Counted from the first letter of the stretch, positions 28,220-38,586 are shown. The stretch is DNA of 64,000 bases from Treponemataceae bacterium (GCA_963677895.2 CAXXGJ010000038.1:576001-640000), one strand, 5' to 3'. Program-made: numbers and translations. The notes: generated by a model from the sequence alone, not told the origin.

Positions 28220-29341
28220 ATGAAGACTGGAACCAGAATCACCGCCATCGCGCTGGTGACCTTCTTGGCCCTCACGGGACTCGTGTCCAACGTCGCTGCC
28301 CAGAAACTAGATGTAACGGCCTTCGCGCTGTCCATCGCCACCCCCCTTTCAGCGGCCGATGAAGCCATCTGGAAAACGGTGGATGCAAAATCCACCAATC
28401 CCCAAAAAGTAATCTGGCGCCATGGCAACGTCACCGGAAACATGCTCGATTCGCCGAGCGTGCGCGGAGACAGGCAGTTCTTTCTCGAGATGAAAAGACG
28501 GCTCGGGGATAAGGTGGAATTCCAGTTCTACATGAATGGAAGCCTCGGCACGAGCGCCGACCAGATTCTCGGCGGCCTCCAGAGCAGGAATTTCGAGAGC
28601 AGCTCCTATAACATCGGAGCTTTCGCCGAATACACCAAAGCCTTCATGCCCCTCAATGTGATGTTCCTGGTTCCGAACCTCGATGCCGGCATAGCCATCG
28701 TCTCGGGTGAGCCCGGAAAGCTGATGAACGAAAAATGCATCAAGGACACGGGTTTGAATGTCCTGACTATGGGCTCGATCGGCATGCGCCACATCACCAA
28801 CAGCAAAAGGCCCATCGACCAGGTATCCGACATCAAAGGCCTGAAGATCCGCACACAGAACAACCCCCTCCACATCCTCGCCATGAACAAGCTCGGCGCC
28901 GCGGCCACTCCTATCGCTTACTCCGAGCTCTTCACCAGCCTCCAGCAGAAAGTGGTCGACGGCCAGGAGAACCCGATCGCCAACATCTTTGCCCAGAATT
29001 ACGCCGAAGTTCAGAAGTACCTGACCTTCACCAACCACCTCTACACCGCCGGCGCCCTCGTTGTGAACGACAAGTGGATCAAATCATTGAGCCCGGAATT
29101 CCAGAAGGCCATCGCCGAATCCGCGAAGATCGCCCAGGATTATTCCGGTCCCGAACTCAAAAAAACCGAAACGAAGATGATCGAGAAACTCAAGGAAAGA
29201 ATGACGATGAACGAGCTCAGCGCTGAAGAATTCGGAAAATTCAGGAAGCTGTCCATGGACACCTGGACCGAAGCGGCGAAGAGAATAGGCGTCGATTATT
29301 TCAATTCGATCAAGGACGCAGTCGCGAAGATGGGATACTGA
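28220..29341 (+). CDS. dctP: TRAP transporter solute-binding protein
   Basis: Signal peptide; KGLKIRT, ELFTSLQQKVVDGQENP. Confidence 0.9.
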   Translation: MKTGTRITAIALVTFLALTGLVSNVAAQKLDVTAFALSIATPLSAADEAIWKTVDAKSTNPQKVIWRHGNVTGNMLDSPSVRGDRQFFLEMKRRLGDKVEFQFYMNGSLGTSADQILGGLQSRNFESSSYNIGAFAEYTKAFMPLNVMFLVPNLDAGIAIVSGEPGKLMNEKCIKDTGLNVLTMGSIGMRHITNSKRPIDQVSDIKGLKIRTQNNPLHILAMNKLGAAATPIAYSELFTSLQQKVVDGQENPIANIFAQNYAEVQKYLTFTNHLYTAGALVVNDKWIKSLSPEFQKAIAESAKIAQDYSGPELKKTETKMIEKLKERMTMNELSAEEFGKFRKLSMDTWTEAAKRIGVDYFNSIKDAVAKMGY

Positions 29342-29465
29342 TCAACCTGCCGAACGTGAACCCGTACATGCTCGGGTTCACGGATCGCGGCGTTGAAGTT
29401 TGAAGCGATGAACGACAGGCGGCTGGCTGACAGTCAGATCGCCGCCTGCCGTCCGCTATAGGAAG

Positions 29466-29981
29466 GTGGCAATGACCGTCAAGAAATTCCTCAACGAATT
29501 CGAATTGTATACTGGCGCCGTGATATCCGGCGCCATGTTCGTGGTCCTGGGAATGCAGGTTGTCTCCAGATATGTTTTCAACCAATCGTTTTCCTGGTCG
29601 GAAGAACTCGCCCTCATTTTATTCGTATGGTCGATTTATTTCGGCGCCGTGGCCGCCGTAAAAAGACACCAGCACCTTCGCCTCGAAATCCTCGTCGACA
29701 AGCTGAATCCAAAAGCCCGCTTGGTCTTCGATCTTATCGCCAATTTCTTTTTCGCTCTTTTTTCCTGCGTCGTGATTGTTGGTGTGATGCCCATAGTCCA
29801 ACGACTGTTCAGAAGCGGAACCGCCACCGCCGTATTGAGCATCCCCAAATGGATCAACTACTCCGTGTTACCTGTGATGTTCGCCCTGATGTTCTTCAGG
29901 CTGATCCAGGACAGTATCGCGAGGGTAAAAAACTACAAGGCGGGACTAAACGCCGCCGGCAGCGCCAAACAAGGCAATTGA
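29466..29981 (+). CDS. dctQ: TRAP small permease
   Basis: QVVSRYVFN..WSEELA, HLRLEIL. Confidence 0.88.
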   Translation: MAMTVKKFLNEFELYTGAVISGAMFVVLGMQVVSRYVFNQSFSWSEELALILFVWSIYFGAVAAVKRHQHLRLEILVDKLNPKARLVFDLIANFFFALFSCVVIVGVMPIVQRLFRSGTATAVLSIPKWINYSVLPVMFALMFFRLIQDSIARVKNYKAGLNAAGSAKQGN

Positions 29982-29991
29982 GGAGCAAGGT

Positions 29992-31275
29992 ATGGCACCA
30001 TTAGTATTAGCGTTAGTCGCCGCCGGACTCCTTTTCATAGGCGTACCGGTCGGCATTTCCCTGGGACTCGGCATGATAGCCGTCGCGCTGGGTTTCGGCA
30101 CGACGAATCTCACCTTCCTGGCTCAGGGCATGTATTCCGGTTTCGAATCCCTGCCTTTGACAGCCATCCCCTGCTTCATGCTCGCCGGCGCCGTGATGGA
30201 GACGGGCGGCTTGTCGAAGCGGCTCGTCAATGTGGCGGACAAGGCCTTCGGGCATAACATCGGCGGTCTCGGAACCGTCACCGTCGTCGCCTGCCTCTTC
30301 TTCGGCGCCATCTCCGGATCGGGTCCCGCCACCGTCGCCGCCATCGGCGGAATCATGATTCCCTACATGGTGAAAGCCAAGTACGACAGGACCTACGCCA
30401 CCGGCCTTTCGGCCGTCGCGGGCGGTCTGGGCGTCATAATGCCGCCCAGCATACCGCTGGTTGTCTACGGCGTCGCCACCAACACCTCCATCGGCGACCT
30501 CTTCCTGGCGGGTATCGTGCCGGCTTTCATCGTCGCCTTCTGCCTGATAGTAGTGAACGTTTTCCTCTCCAAGAAGGCGGGCTACCTTGGAAATGGGACA
30601 CCCTTCAGCTTCAAAGAGCTGCTCAAGGCCACCTGGGACGCAAAATGGGCGCTCTTCATGCCGATCATCATCCTGGGCGGCATCTACGGCGGTATCTTCA
30701 CGCCGACTGAAGCCGCCGTCGTCGCCACGGTGTACGGCATCATCATCGGGCTGTTCGTCTACAAGGAACTGTCGCTCAAGGCCTGCTGGAAAATGCTGGT
30801 CGACAACACCTCGTTCGTGGGCGGCATCATGCTGACCTTCGCTCCAGCCGCCGCCATGGGCGCGGTATTGTCGCTGCTCGGCGTGCCGCAGTCGATCACC
30901 GCCTTCCTGTTTGGGATTTCCAGCAACAAGATCGTCATTCTCCTCATCGTGAACGTTTTCCTCCTCTTCGTCGGCATGGTCATGGATACCACATCGGCGA
31001 ACATCATCTTCTCGCCGATTCTCCTGGCCGCGCTTCTGCCGTACGGAGTGGACCCAGTTCACTTCGGCCTCCTGATGACGGTCAACCTGGCCATCGGTTT
31101 CGTGACGCCTCCCGTCGCCGCCAACCTCTTCGTGGCTTCGGGCATGACGGGCATACCGCTCGACAAGATTGTGCGGAAGGCATGGCCCTTCATCGCGGCG
31201 ATGTTCGTCGCCTTGATGGTGCTTACGTACATACCGGCGACCAGCATAGGGTTGTTGAAGTTGATGGGAAAATAA
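29992..31275 (+). CDS. dctM: TRAP large permease
   Basis: FGAISGSGPAT, MPPSIP, FTPTEAA, TPPVA. Confidence 0.92.
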   Translation: MAPLVLALVAAGLLFIGVPVGISLGLGMIAVALGFGTTNLTFLAQGMYSGFESLPLTAIPCFMLAGAVMETGGLSKRLVNVADKAFGHNIGGLGTVTVVACLFFGAISGSGPATVAAIGGIMIPYMVKAKYDRTYATGLSAVAGGLGVIMPPSIPLVVYGVATNTSIGDLFLAGIVPAFIVAFCLIVVNVFLSKKAGYLGNGTPFSFKELLKATWDAKWALFMPIIILGGIYGGIFTPTEAAVVATVYGIIIGLFVYKELSLKACWKMLVDNTSFVGGIMLTFAPAAAMGAVLSLLGVPQSITAFLFGISSNKIVILLIVNVFLLFVGMVMDTTSANIIFSPILLAALLPYGVDPVHFGLLMTVNLAIGFVTPPVAANLFVASGMTGIPLDKIVRKAWPFIAAMFVALMVLTYIPATSIGLLKLMGK

Positions 31276-31296
31276 TCCAGGGGAAAATAGAGAATA

Positions 31297-31343
31297 GGGA
31301 AGCGATCCGATGGCAAGACTGCCGGATTGCTTCCCTTTTTTTT
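31297..31343 (+). terminator. Intrinsic terminator
   Basis: GGGAAGCGATCCG...CGGATTGCTTCCC followed by a T run. Confidence 0.75.
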
Positions 31344-31463
31344 ATACATACCTCCGCCGCGCTACACCTAGCCCTGCTCCTCTCGATTGACTAGCCTGCA
31401 CACCCTTCGGATTCCGATAAAATCGCCGATCGCCTCAATAAGATATAAAAAAATAAAAAAAGG

Positions 31464-31534
31464 TTGACATATACAAAAACCCAGTCTACTGTTCATCAAT
31501 CATGCATGATGCATCATATATTTTATGATGCATC
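31464..31534 (+). promoter_or_regulatory. Promoter with overlapping palindromic operators
   Basis: TTGACA-17 nt-TACTGT followed by ATCATGCATGAT, ATGATGCATCAT and ATGATGCATC. Confidence 0.6.
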
Positions 31535-31551
31535 TAGAATAGGAGGATCTT

Positions 31552-32697
31552 ATGAAAAAGCTCTCTCGAAAGGTTTTCGTAGGCTTGATTCTGCTCATCC
31601 TCATAAACGGCAACGTTTGGGGACAGGGAAAAATCGACCCATCGAAGCCGATTAAAATTGCTCTCAGCGCCCCGTTCACAGGGCTGGGGTCGATCCTGGG
31701 CGACTACATCAAGCAGGGCGCTTTGCTCGCCATAGACGAGATCAACGCGGCCGGCGGAGTCGCTGGCGCGAAGTTCGACCTCGTGGTCTATGACGACCAG
31801 GCGAACGCGAGCACGGCGGCTACGGTCGTTCGCAGGGCGCTCTTCGACGACAGAGCAGTGGCAATATTCGGCCCGAACATGAGCGCGGCGGTCATCGGCG
31901 TACATACCCTCGCCCAGCAGGCCAAGAAACCCATGCTCGTGGGAGCCACCTCCCCTTCCTTCCGCTTCGACAAGGTAAAGAACGACTATCTATTCAGACT
32001 TCGCGCCGATGACGGCATCAAAGTCGCCCAGCAAGTCAAGTACATAGCGGAAGTGCTCAAGGCGAAAAGACCGGGCGTCATCGTCGGATCCACGGACTAT
32101 TGCACTTCGGCGCTCGATGTCGCCAAAGAAGCCTTCGCGAAATACGGCATCAAGATCGTCGATATCGAGAACATGAAAGAAGGCGACAAAGACGTCACCG
32201 CGCAGATCACCAAGCTCAAGAACGCGGGCATCGACTGTCTCGTCGGACTTACCCATGAGCCGGAAGCGGCCGTCGTGATGAAGCAGTATCGCCAGATGAA
32301 GCTCACCGCGCCTGTCGTCGGCTTCTCGGCTTGGGGCGTTCCCGCCTTCACGGACCTGGCCGGCGACGCGGCCGTGGGCGTAATCTCGGTACAAGGATTC
32401 AATCCCGCTGATACCGATCCGCCCGTGAAAGCCTTCGTGGATGCCTACAAGGCCAAGTGGGGCAGAGAGCCCAGCGATCCCGCCCAGTGCTATTATGATG
32501 GCGTTTACCTGCTGAAAAAGGCGATCGAGACGGCCGGATCCACCGATTCCGTGAAGATTACCGAAGCCTTGGCGACCATCGAATACACTGGCGTACAGGG
32601 GAGAATGAAGATGGACGCGCTGCACAATTACACCGACATCTGCTACATCTCGCAGTTCGACGGCAAGATATGGAAGATAATCACGAAGATTCAATAG
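31552..32697 (+). CDS. Liv/HAAT-type ABC transporter substrate-binding protein
   Basis: LAIDEINAAGGV, YDD, YLFRL, YDGVYLL. Confidence 0.9.
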   Translation: MKKLSRKVFVGLILLILINGNVWGQGKIDPSKPIKIALSAPFTGLGSILGDYIKQGALLAIDEINAAGGVAGAKFDLVVYDDQANASTAATVVRRALFDDRAVAIFGPNMSAAVIGVHTLAQQAKKPMLVGATSPSFRFDKVKNDYLFRLRADDGIKVAQQVKYIAEVLKAKRPGVIVGSTDYCTSALDVAKEAFAKYGIKIVDIENMKEGDKDVTAQITKLKNAGIDCLVGLTHEPEAAVVMKQYRQMKLTAPVVGFSAWGVPAFTDLAGDAAVGVISVQGFNPADTDPPVKAFVDAYKAKWGREPSDPAQCYYDGVYLLKKAIETAGSTDSVKITEALATIEYTGVQGRMKMDALHNYTDICYISQFDGKIWKIITKIQ

Positions 32698-32725
32698 TCA
32701 GACTTTCTTAGCGTTCGCTTCTTTA

Positions 32726-32762
32726 TAGCCAATTCGGCCGGCATTCCCGGCCGAATTGGCTA
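32726..32762. other. Intercistronic hairpin after the SBP gene (mRNA stabiliser or partial terminator)
   Basis: TAGCCAATTCGGCCGG...CCGGCCGAATTGGCTA inverted repeat. Confidence 0.55.
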
Positions 32763-32789
32763 AATTCCAGGCTTTGAGAGGAAACATCC

Positions 32790-33683
32790 ATGCTTTTTAA
32801 TGATCTTCTTCAAAATATTATTGGCGGTGTAACCGTGGGGTCCACCTATGGACTTATAGGCCTCGGCGTCGTTTTCCTCTGGCAAAGCATAAACAGGATA
32901 AATTTCGCGAACATAAGTTCGGCGATGCTTGCCGCGTACTTGTTTTACACATTCTACACTCAGTTGCATTTCGGTTTTTTTCTATCCTTCATCTGTTCGA
33001 TACTGATCATCGCGATTTATGGAATGCTATTGCGCTATCTCGTCTATGAACCGATCACCCGGCACGGCGGAGACAAACTCGAATTCGTGGTCGCTACGCT
33101 GATGCTGTGCATTTTATGGTTGTCGGTTATAAACGCCACCTTCGGAGGTCTTCCGAAGCCATTCCCGCCCGTTTTCGGCGAATCCACGAGTTTTGTCCAG
33201 CTAGGCCCGATCAGTATCTCTTCGGTCTATTTCTGGATATTCCTGGTCGTATTGTTGTTGATTCTCGGTCTTTACTTTCTTCTCCGAAAAACGTTCATCG
33301 GGAAAATGCTCAGGGCGACCGCGCAGAACAAGGAAGCCGCGGCGCTTATGGGCGTCAACGTCAACCTGACAACATCCATCGCCTTCATGATGGCGACCAC
33401 GATAGTCGGCATAGCGGGCATTTTGCTGGCCCCTATATATTTCGTATCCCTGGAACTCGGGGGCGGATCGATCGGCGTGAAAGGATTCGCTTCCGCGGTG
33501 ATGGGAGGCTTGATCGATCCTTTCGGCGCGATTCTCGGCGGAATCACGATAGGTTTGATCGAGAACTTTTCCACGCTTTTCATTTCGTCGGCCTACAAGG
33601 ATATCATCTCCTTCATGATTCTCGTTGTCGTGCTGCTCTGGAAGCCGCGAGGCATTTTTAACTGGACAACCAAAGGAGACTGA
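32790..33683 (+). CDS. Liv-type ABC permease (LivH-like)
   Basis: GSTYGLIGLG, RATAQNKEAAALMGVN. Confidence 0.9.
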   Translation: MLFNDLLQNIIGGVTVGSTYGLIGLGVVFLWQSINRINFANISSAMLAAYLFYTFYTQLHFGFFLSFICSILIIAIYGMLLRYLVYEPITRHGGDKLEFVVATLMLCILWLSVINATFGGLPKPFPPVFGESTSFVQLGPISISSVYFWIFLVVLLLILGLYFLLRKTFIGKMLRATAQNKEAAALMGVNVNLTTSIAFMMATTIVGIAGILLAPIYFVSLELGGGSIGVKGFASAVMGGLIDPFGAILGGITIGLIENFSTLFISSAYKDIISFMILVVVLLWKPRGIFNWTTKGD

Positions 33684-33687
33684 AGCA

Positions 33688-34689
33688 ATGCGCCAAATAA
33701 TAAAACGAATCGTCTATTTCCTGTTTTTCGCCTTCCTCCTCTGCATGCCTCTGCTGAGCAGGAACGATTATGATCTTTTCGTGACCAATCGAGCCTTGTT
33801 GAATGTGATCTTGGCTTCAGGCTTGGTATTTCTCACCGGCTTCGCGGGGCAGATTTCTCTTGGTCAGGCAGGCTTCTCCGCGATCGGAGCATATACCTCG
33901 GCGCTCGTGACCGTGAAACTGGGACTGCCCATTCCCGTCGGCATCCTCGCGGGTGTCACGCTCAGCGCTCTCGCTGGACTTTTGGTGGCTGTCCCTTCAT
34001 TCAAGCTGAAGGCTTTCTTCCTTTCGCTAATGACGATCGCATTCGGGCAGATCGTATGGCTTTTGCTCGTGAATCTGACGAAGCTGACCGGGGGGTCCCA
34101 GGGTCTGTTCAACATTCCTCTCATGAAAATAGGGAATAATCTGTTTTCGAACACGATGTACTATTATGTGTTTCTCGCTTTCGCCGTCCTGTCTCTCGTT
34201 TTGATTAACCGGATAAAATATTCGCATATCGGACGAAAGATGTTCGCGGTGAACGACGACGAAATCGCCGCCGAAGCCTGCGGAATCAACTCCAAAAACA
34301 CGAAGATTATGGCGTTCAGCATTTCCGCCGCCCTGGCGGGACTCTCGGGCAGTCTCTACGCCCATATGTTGGGATTTCTCACTCCGGAGCCTTTTGTCTT
34401 TTTCGAATCGGGCAACGCGGTCGCGATGGCCGTCGTCGGCGGCCTGCGCCACATGAGCGGCGGCGTTGTTGGAGGTGTACTGCTCACATGGCTTCCCGAA
34501 CTGCTCCGTCTGAACATAAGGGGTTTCGAGAATTATTACCTGATCGTCAACTCATCCATCGTTCTCCTCATCATCATCTTCCTTCCAAAGGGGCTCGGAG
34601 CAAGCCTTTTCAATGGTCTATCACGGCTTTGGGGCGAAAATCCGCGAGCTATGACCTTGCGTAACCCAAAAGGCAAGGAGAAAGCATAA
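33688..34689 (+). CDS. Liv-type ABC permease (LivM-like)
   Basis: GFAGQISLGQAGF, DDEIAAEACGIN. Confidence 0.9.
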   Translation: MRQIIKRIVYFLFFAFLLCMPLLSRNDYDLFVTNRALLNVILASGLVFLTGFAGQISLGQAGFSAIGAYTSALVTVKLGLPIPVGILAGVTLSALAGLLVAVPSFKLKAFFLSLMTIAFGQIVWLLLVNLTKLTGGSQGLFNIPLMKIGNNLFSNTMYYYVFLAFAVLSLVLINRIKYSHIGRKMFAVNDDEIAAEACGINSKNTKIMAFSISAALAGLSGSLYAHMLGFLTPEPFVFFESGNAVAMAVVGGLRHMSGGVVGGVLLTWLPELLRLNIRGFENYYLIVNSSIVLLIIIFLPKGLGASLFNGLSRLWGENPRAMTLRNPKGKEKA

Positions 34690-34691
34690 TC

Positions 34692-35456
34692 ATGTCGTAT
34701 ATTCTGGAAACGAAAGCGCTTACGAAAAAATTCGGCGGCATCGTCGCGAACAACGGGATCGACCTTTTAATAACGGAAGGAAAAACGACCGGTCTGATTG
34801 GCCCCAACGGTTCGGGCAAGACGACCTTCATCAATCAGATTTCCGGCATTTTCCCTCCCACATCGGGAAGCATCAAATTCAAGGGAACGGAGATATCGCA
34901 GCAACCGGCGTGCAAAGTAGCCTCCATGGGAATCGCCAGGACTTTTCAAAGAATCCAGCTTTTCGATCGGCTGAATGTTCTGGAGAATGTATTGGTTCCA
35001 AGGGGCAAATTCATCTCGTCATCGCTTTTTGACGTGGCGTTCAGGTCAAAAAAACTGCGCCGCGAAGAAGACCAGCAATACGAAAAGTCGATGGAACTTC
35101 TGCGATTGTTGGGCCTCGAAAGCGACGCGATGACCTATCCGTCCAAGCTTCCATACGGTAAAAGGCGCGCGCTGGAAATTGCCCGGGCTCTCGCGCTCGA
35201 ACCTTCCCTGCTACTGCTCGACGAACCAGCGGCCGGAATGACGAAGGAAGAATTTGTTGAGGTATTGCGCATCATGGATATACTCAAGGAAAAGAAAATC
35301 ACCATGCTGCTGGTCGAACACACCATGGAATTCATCAGAAAAGCCGTCGATTGGGTATATGTGCTTAATTTCGGCGAAGTGATCGCCCAGGGACCATTCG
35401 AGGAGATTGAAAAGAACAGGGCGGTCATAACCGCCTATTTGGGAGACGAAGAATGA
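34692..35456 (+). CDS. ABC ATP-binding protein (LivG-like)
   Basis: GPNGSGKTT, LLLDEPAAG, AYLG. Confidence 0.92.
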   Translation: MSYILETKALTKKFGGIVANNGIDLLITEGKTTGLIGPNGSGKTTFINQISGIFPPTSGSIKFKGTEISQQPACKVASMGIARTFQRIQLFDRLNVLENVLVPRGKFISSSLFDVAFRSKKLRREEDQQYEKSMELLRLLGLESDAMTYPSKLPYGKRRALEIARALALEPSLLLLDEPAAGMTKEEFVEVLRIMDILKEKKITMLLVEHTMEFIRKAVDWVYVLNFGEVIAQGPFEEIEKNRAVITAYLGDEE

Positions 35457-36184
35457 ATGGCAATCACGAAGCTATGCTCGAAATCGAAAACCTGAAAGTG
35501 GCGTATAACGGTATAACCGCGCTTAGATCCATTTCCATGTATGTCAATAAAGGTGAGGTGGTATCGGTTCTGGGCCCCAATGGGGCCGGAAAAACGACGC
35601 TCCTGCGCACGATTTCGGGACTGGTGAAGCCGGAGAGCGGCTCCAGCATCAAGTTCTGCGGCGCGCAACTTGTGGGCAAACCGGCATACACTATCGTCAA
35701 GGAAGGCGTTGCGCATGTTCCGGAAGGTAGACAGGTGTTTCCGGCGATGTCGGTGAACGAGAACCTCGAAGTCGCGGCCACCAGAATTCCGGGCTCTTCG
35801 CGCAAGGCGAAAATCGATGAGGTTTATCAGCTCTTTCCGGAACTGGTAACCCGAAAGAATCAGCAGGCCGGATCCTTGAGCGGCGGCGAACAGCAGATGC
35901 TCGCCATCGGAAGGGCGATCGTCTCCAAATGCGATCTCGTCTTGATCGACGAACCTTCCATGGGTTTGGCCCCCGTTATCGTCCAGAGAATTTTCAGGAC
36001 TTTGAAGGAAATCGTGAAGAACACGAAACTCACGCTTCTGATCGTGGAGCAAAACGCCAAGCTGTCCCTGCCGTTGAGCGATCGCATCTATATTCTGTCG
36101 CAGGGATCGATCGTCATGGAAGGCCCGGTGTCGGAGATCCACTCCAACCAGATGATCCAGGACATGTATTTCGCGAAAGATTGA
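35453..36184 (+). CDS. ABC ATP-binding protein (LivF-like)
   Basis: GPNGAGKTT, LSGGEQQM, DEPSMGLAP. Confidence 0.92.
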   Translation: MNGNHEAMLEIENLKVAYNGITALRSISMYVNKGEVVSVLGPNGAGKTTLLRTISGLVKPESGSSIKFCGAQLVGKPAYTIVKEGVAHVPEGRQVFPAMSVNENLEVAATRIPGSSRKAKIDEVYQLFPELVTRKNQQAGSLSGGEQQMLAIGRAIVSKCDLVLIDEPSMGLAPVIVQRIFRTLKEIVKNTKLTLLIVEQNAKLSLPLSDRIYILSQGSIVMEGPVSEIHSNQMIQDMYFAKD

Positions 36185-36261
36185 GACGAAGTCGTCTGGA
36201 GCAGGCAATATCGAATATTTTTGACGGCAAATTTATATAGCAAAGCTAGGAGGAAACGGAA

Positions 36262-37530
36262 ATGACAAACGAGTTACATGAATTAAAAGGCATGCCCATG
36301 AAAGGCACGCCATATTTTGACGCACAGCGCTGGGTCTCCCCCCAGAATTACCTCGAAGGAGCCTCGTACGCCAAGCTGCCGAAAAGGGTCAGCATCCACG
36401 ACGTCACCCTTCGGGACGGCGAGCAGACCTGCGGGCTTGTGTGGAGGGAAGATGACCGCGTCAGGATCGGCGAAGCCCTCGACGAGCTCGGCGTCGACCG
36501 CATCGAGGTGGGCATGCCCATCATCTCCGACGAGAACCGCAGGGCGATCAAGCGCCTGAAACAGATGCATCTCAAAAGCGAGATCGTCGCGTTCTGCAGG
36601 GCTATGCCCAAGGATATCGAGGCGGCCCTCGAAGTGGGCGTCGACCGTATCATCGTCGAACATGCGGTCAATCCCTACCTGAACGCCTATGTCTATCACA
36701 GCACCATGGATCAGGTCGTCGAGAAAGTGACGAACTGCATCGAAATGGCCAGGAAGAACGGCACCAAGGTGAGTTTCATGGGTTGGGACGCGACGCGCTC
36801 TTCGATAGACTACGTGCTCGACACCTTCGGCAGGATCGCCGCGGCGGCCAACCCGGAAACCGTAGCCTTCGTCGACAGTTTCGGCGTGGGTACGCCTTCG
36901 GCCATACAGTTCGCCTTCGAGGAACTGCGAAAGGTAATCCCCGAAAAAATTGGCCTCGAATTCCACGTCCACAACGAATTCGGTCTCGCCATGGGATCGG
37001 TGATAGCCGCCGTCATGGGAGGCGCGAGGACAATTCACTCTTCGATGAATGGACTCGGCGAGAGGACGGGAAACGTCGCTACGGAGCAAGTGGCCGCGGC
37101 GCTCAAAATCCTGCTCAACATCGATTCCGGCGTCGACATATCCAAATTGTGGAACGTGTCGAAACTGGTGCAGGATATAGCGAAGCTGTCGCCCGCGTAC
37201 AACAGTCCCGTCGTAGGCGAAAGACTGTTCTGGGTCGAATCGGGCGTCGTCGTCGACGCTCTCGACAAGTTGAACGACGCCGGCATCAACGCGGCGATGA
37301 CACCCTACATGCCCCAGCTGGTGGGCAGGCCAGGTCCGGAAATAAAATACGGGGCCTTCAGCGGAAACGCAAGCGTAAAGTATTACCTGCGGCAGAACGG
37401 CATCGAGGCGACGGAAGATCAGCTCGAGGAAATACTCGAGAGGATACATGGGGAAGGTCGCATCAGAAAGACGGTCCTCGAAGAATCCCTGATCGCGAAG
37501 ATCGTCGGCGACGTGAAAGGAAAGGCATAA
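36262..37530 (+). CDS. DRE-TIM metallolyase (homocitrate/isopropylmalate/citramalate synthase-like, no LeuA regulatory domain)
   Basis: DVTLRDGEQ, HVHNEFG, GLGERTGN. Confidence 0.85.
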   Translation: MTNELHELKGMPMKGTPYFDAQRWVSPQNYLEGASYAKLPKRVSIHDVTLRDGEQTCGLVWREDDRVRIGEALDELGVDRIEVGMPIISDENRRAIKRLKQMHLKSEIVAFCRAMPKDIEAALEVGVDRIIVEHAVNPYLNAYVYHSTMDQVVEKVTNCIEMARKNGTKVSFMGWDATRSSIDYVLDTFGRIAAAANPETVAFVDSFGVGTPSAIQFAFEELRKVIPEKIGLEFHVHNEFGLAMGSVIAAVMGGARTIHSSMNGLGERTGNVATEQVAAALKILLNIDSGVDISKLWNVSKLVQDIAKLSPAYNSPVVGERLFWVESGVVVDALDKLNDAGINAAMTPYMPQLVGRPGPEIKYGAFSGNASVKYYLRQNGIEATEDQLEEILERIHGEGRIRKTVLEESLIAKIVGDVKGKA

Positions 37531-37533
37531 AAC

Positions 37534-38586
37534 ATGTTGATTCTGGCGGTGAATCCCGGTTCCACATCGACGCGCACCGCTCTCTTCGAAGATGAGCGAT
37601 GCGTCGACAGCGCCAAGATGGAACATGCCGGCGATTTTCTGGATCTGCCGCTTTTCCCCGATCAGTATCGCGCTCGCAGGCAAAGCGTCCTCGATCATCT
37701 GGAGCGCATCGGCGTAGATCCCCGACAGCTTGACGGTTTCGCCGCCCGAGGAGGGCGGCTTAAGCCCATACCGTCGGGCGTCTACCGGGTGAACGAAGAG
37801 ATGGTCAGGCACGCGAAACGAGGACTTCAAGGCCAGCATCCCGCGAACATCGCGGTGGTCATGGCTTGGGATTTCGAAAAGGAATTCGGCGTACCCGGCT
37901 ACACGGTTGACCCCATCAGCGTCGACGAATTGGACGAGACGGCGAGGATCACTGGCATAAAAGGCATTCGCCGGGCTTCGCTGTCGCATGCCCTTTCCAT
38001 GAAATCGGTCGCGAAAAAAGCCGCCCGGGAGATCGGGATGGAATACGCCGATGCGGGGCTTATAGTGACCCATCTCGGCGGAGGAGGATCCATCAGCGCC
38101 CATCGACGAGGGAGAATGGTCGATCTCTACAACAGCGACCAGGAGGGCCCCTTCGCCGTGGAGCGGGCCGGCGGGCTTCCTACCCTCAAGCTGCTGGAAT
38201 ACATGGAGACGAAAGCGATTTCCATACCTGAAGCGGTAAAAGAGCTGGCGCACGAAGGCGGCATGGTCTCGCACTTTGGCGTGAGAGACATTCAGGATAT
38301 ACTGAAGCTTGCCGAAGAAGACGCGGGGGCCACGTCGGTCATCGACGCCTACGTCTACCAGATCGCGAAGGGAGTCTCCAGCTTCCTTCCTCTCTTTGGC
38401 GGCAGACCCGATGCCCTCGCCTTCACGGGAGGCGTGGTCCATAGCGAAAAAATACGGGGGATGCTCGCCGACTCCCTCGGATTCGCCGGCCGGCTGCTCT
38501 GGTATCCAGGCGAATTCGAGATGGAGGCGCTCGCCGAAGGCGTCCGCGGCGTCTTAAGAGGCGGTCTTCTCCCCCTGGACTATTGA
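37534..38586 (+). CDS. buk: Butyrate kinase-family acyl kinase
   Basis: NPGSTST, ARGG, VDPISVDE, HLGGGGSI, YPGEFEMEALA. Confidence 0.88.
   Translation: MLILAVNPGSTSTRTALFEDERCVDSAKMEHAGDFLDLPLFPDQYRARRQSVLDHLERIGVDPRQLDGFAARGGRLKPIPSGVYRVNEEMVRHAKRGLQGQHPANIAVVMAWDFEKEFGVPGYTVDPISVDELDETARITGIKGIRRASLSHALSMKSVAKKAAREIGMEYADAGLIVTHLGGGGSISAHRRGRMVDLYNSDQEGPFAVERAGGLPTLKLLEYMETKAISIPEAVKELAHEGGMVSHFGVRDIQDILKLAEEDAGATSVIDAYVYQIAKGVSSFLPLFGGRPDALAFTGGVVHSEKIRGMLADSLGFAGRLLWYPGEFEMEALAEGVRGVLRGGLLPLDY

Noticed and set aside
29355..29455. Two hairpins after dctP as a possible ncRNA
   Set aside because: The position after a binding-protein gene fits ordinary mRNA-stabilising stems; no family features are recognisable.
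36283..38442. Long antisense ORFs (also 10619-12472, 50967-53210, 55277-56917 and others)
   Set aside because: Shadow frames of well-supported genes, expected from high GC3 codon bias.
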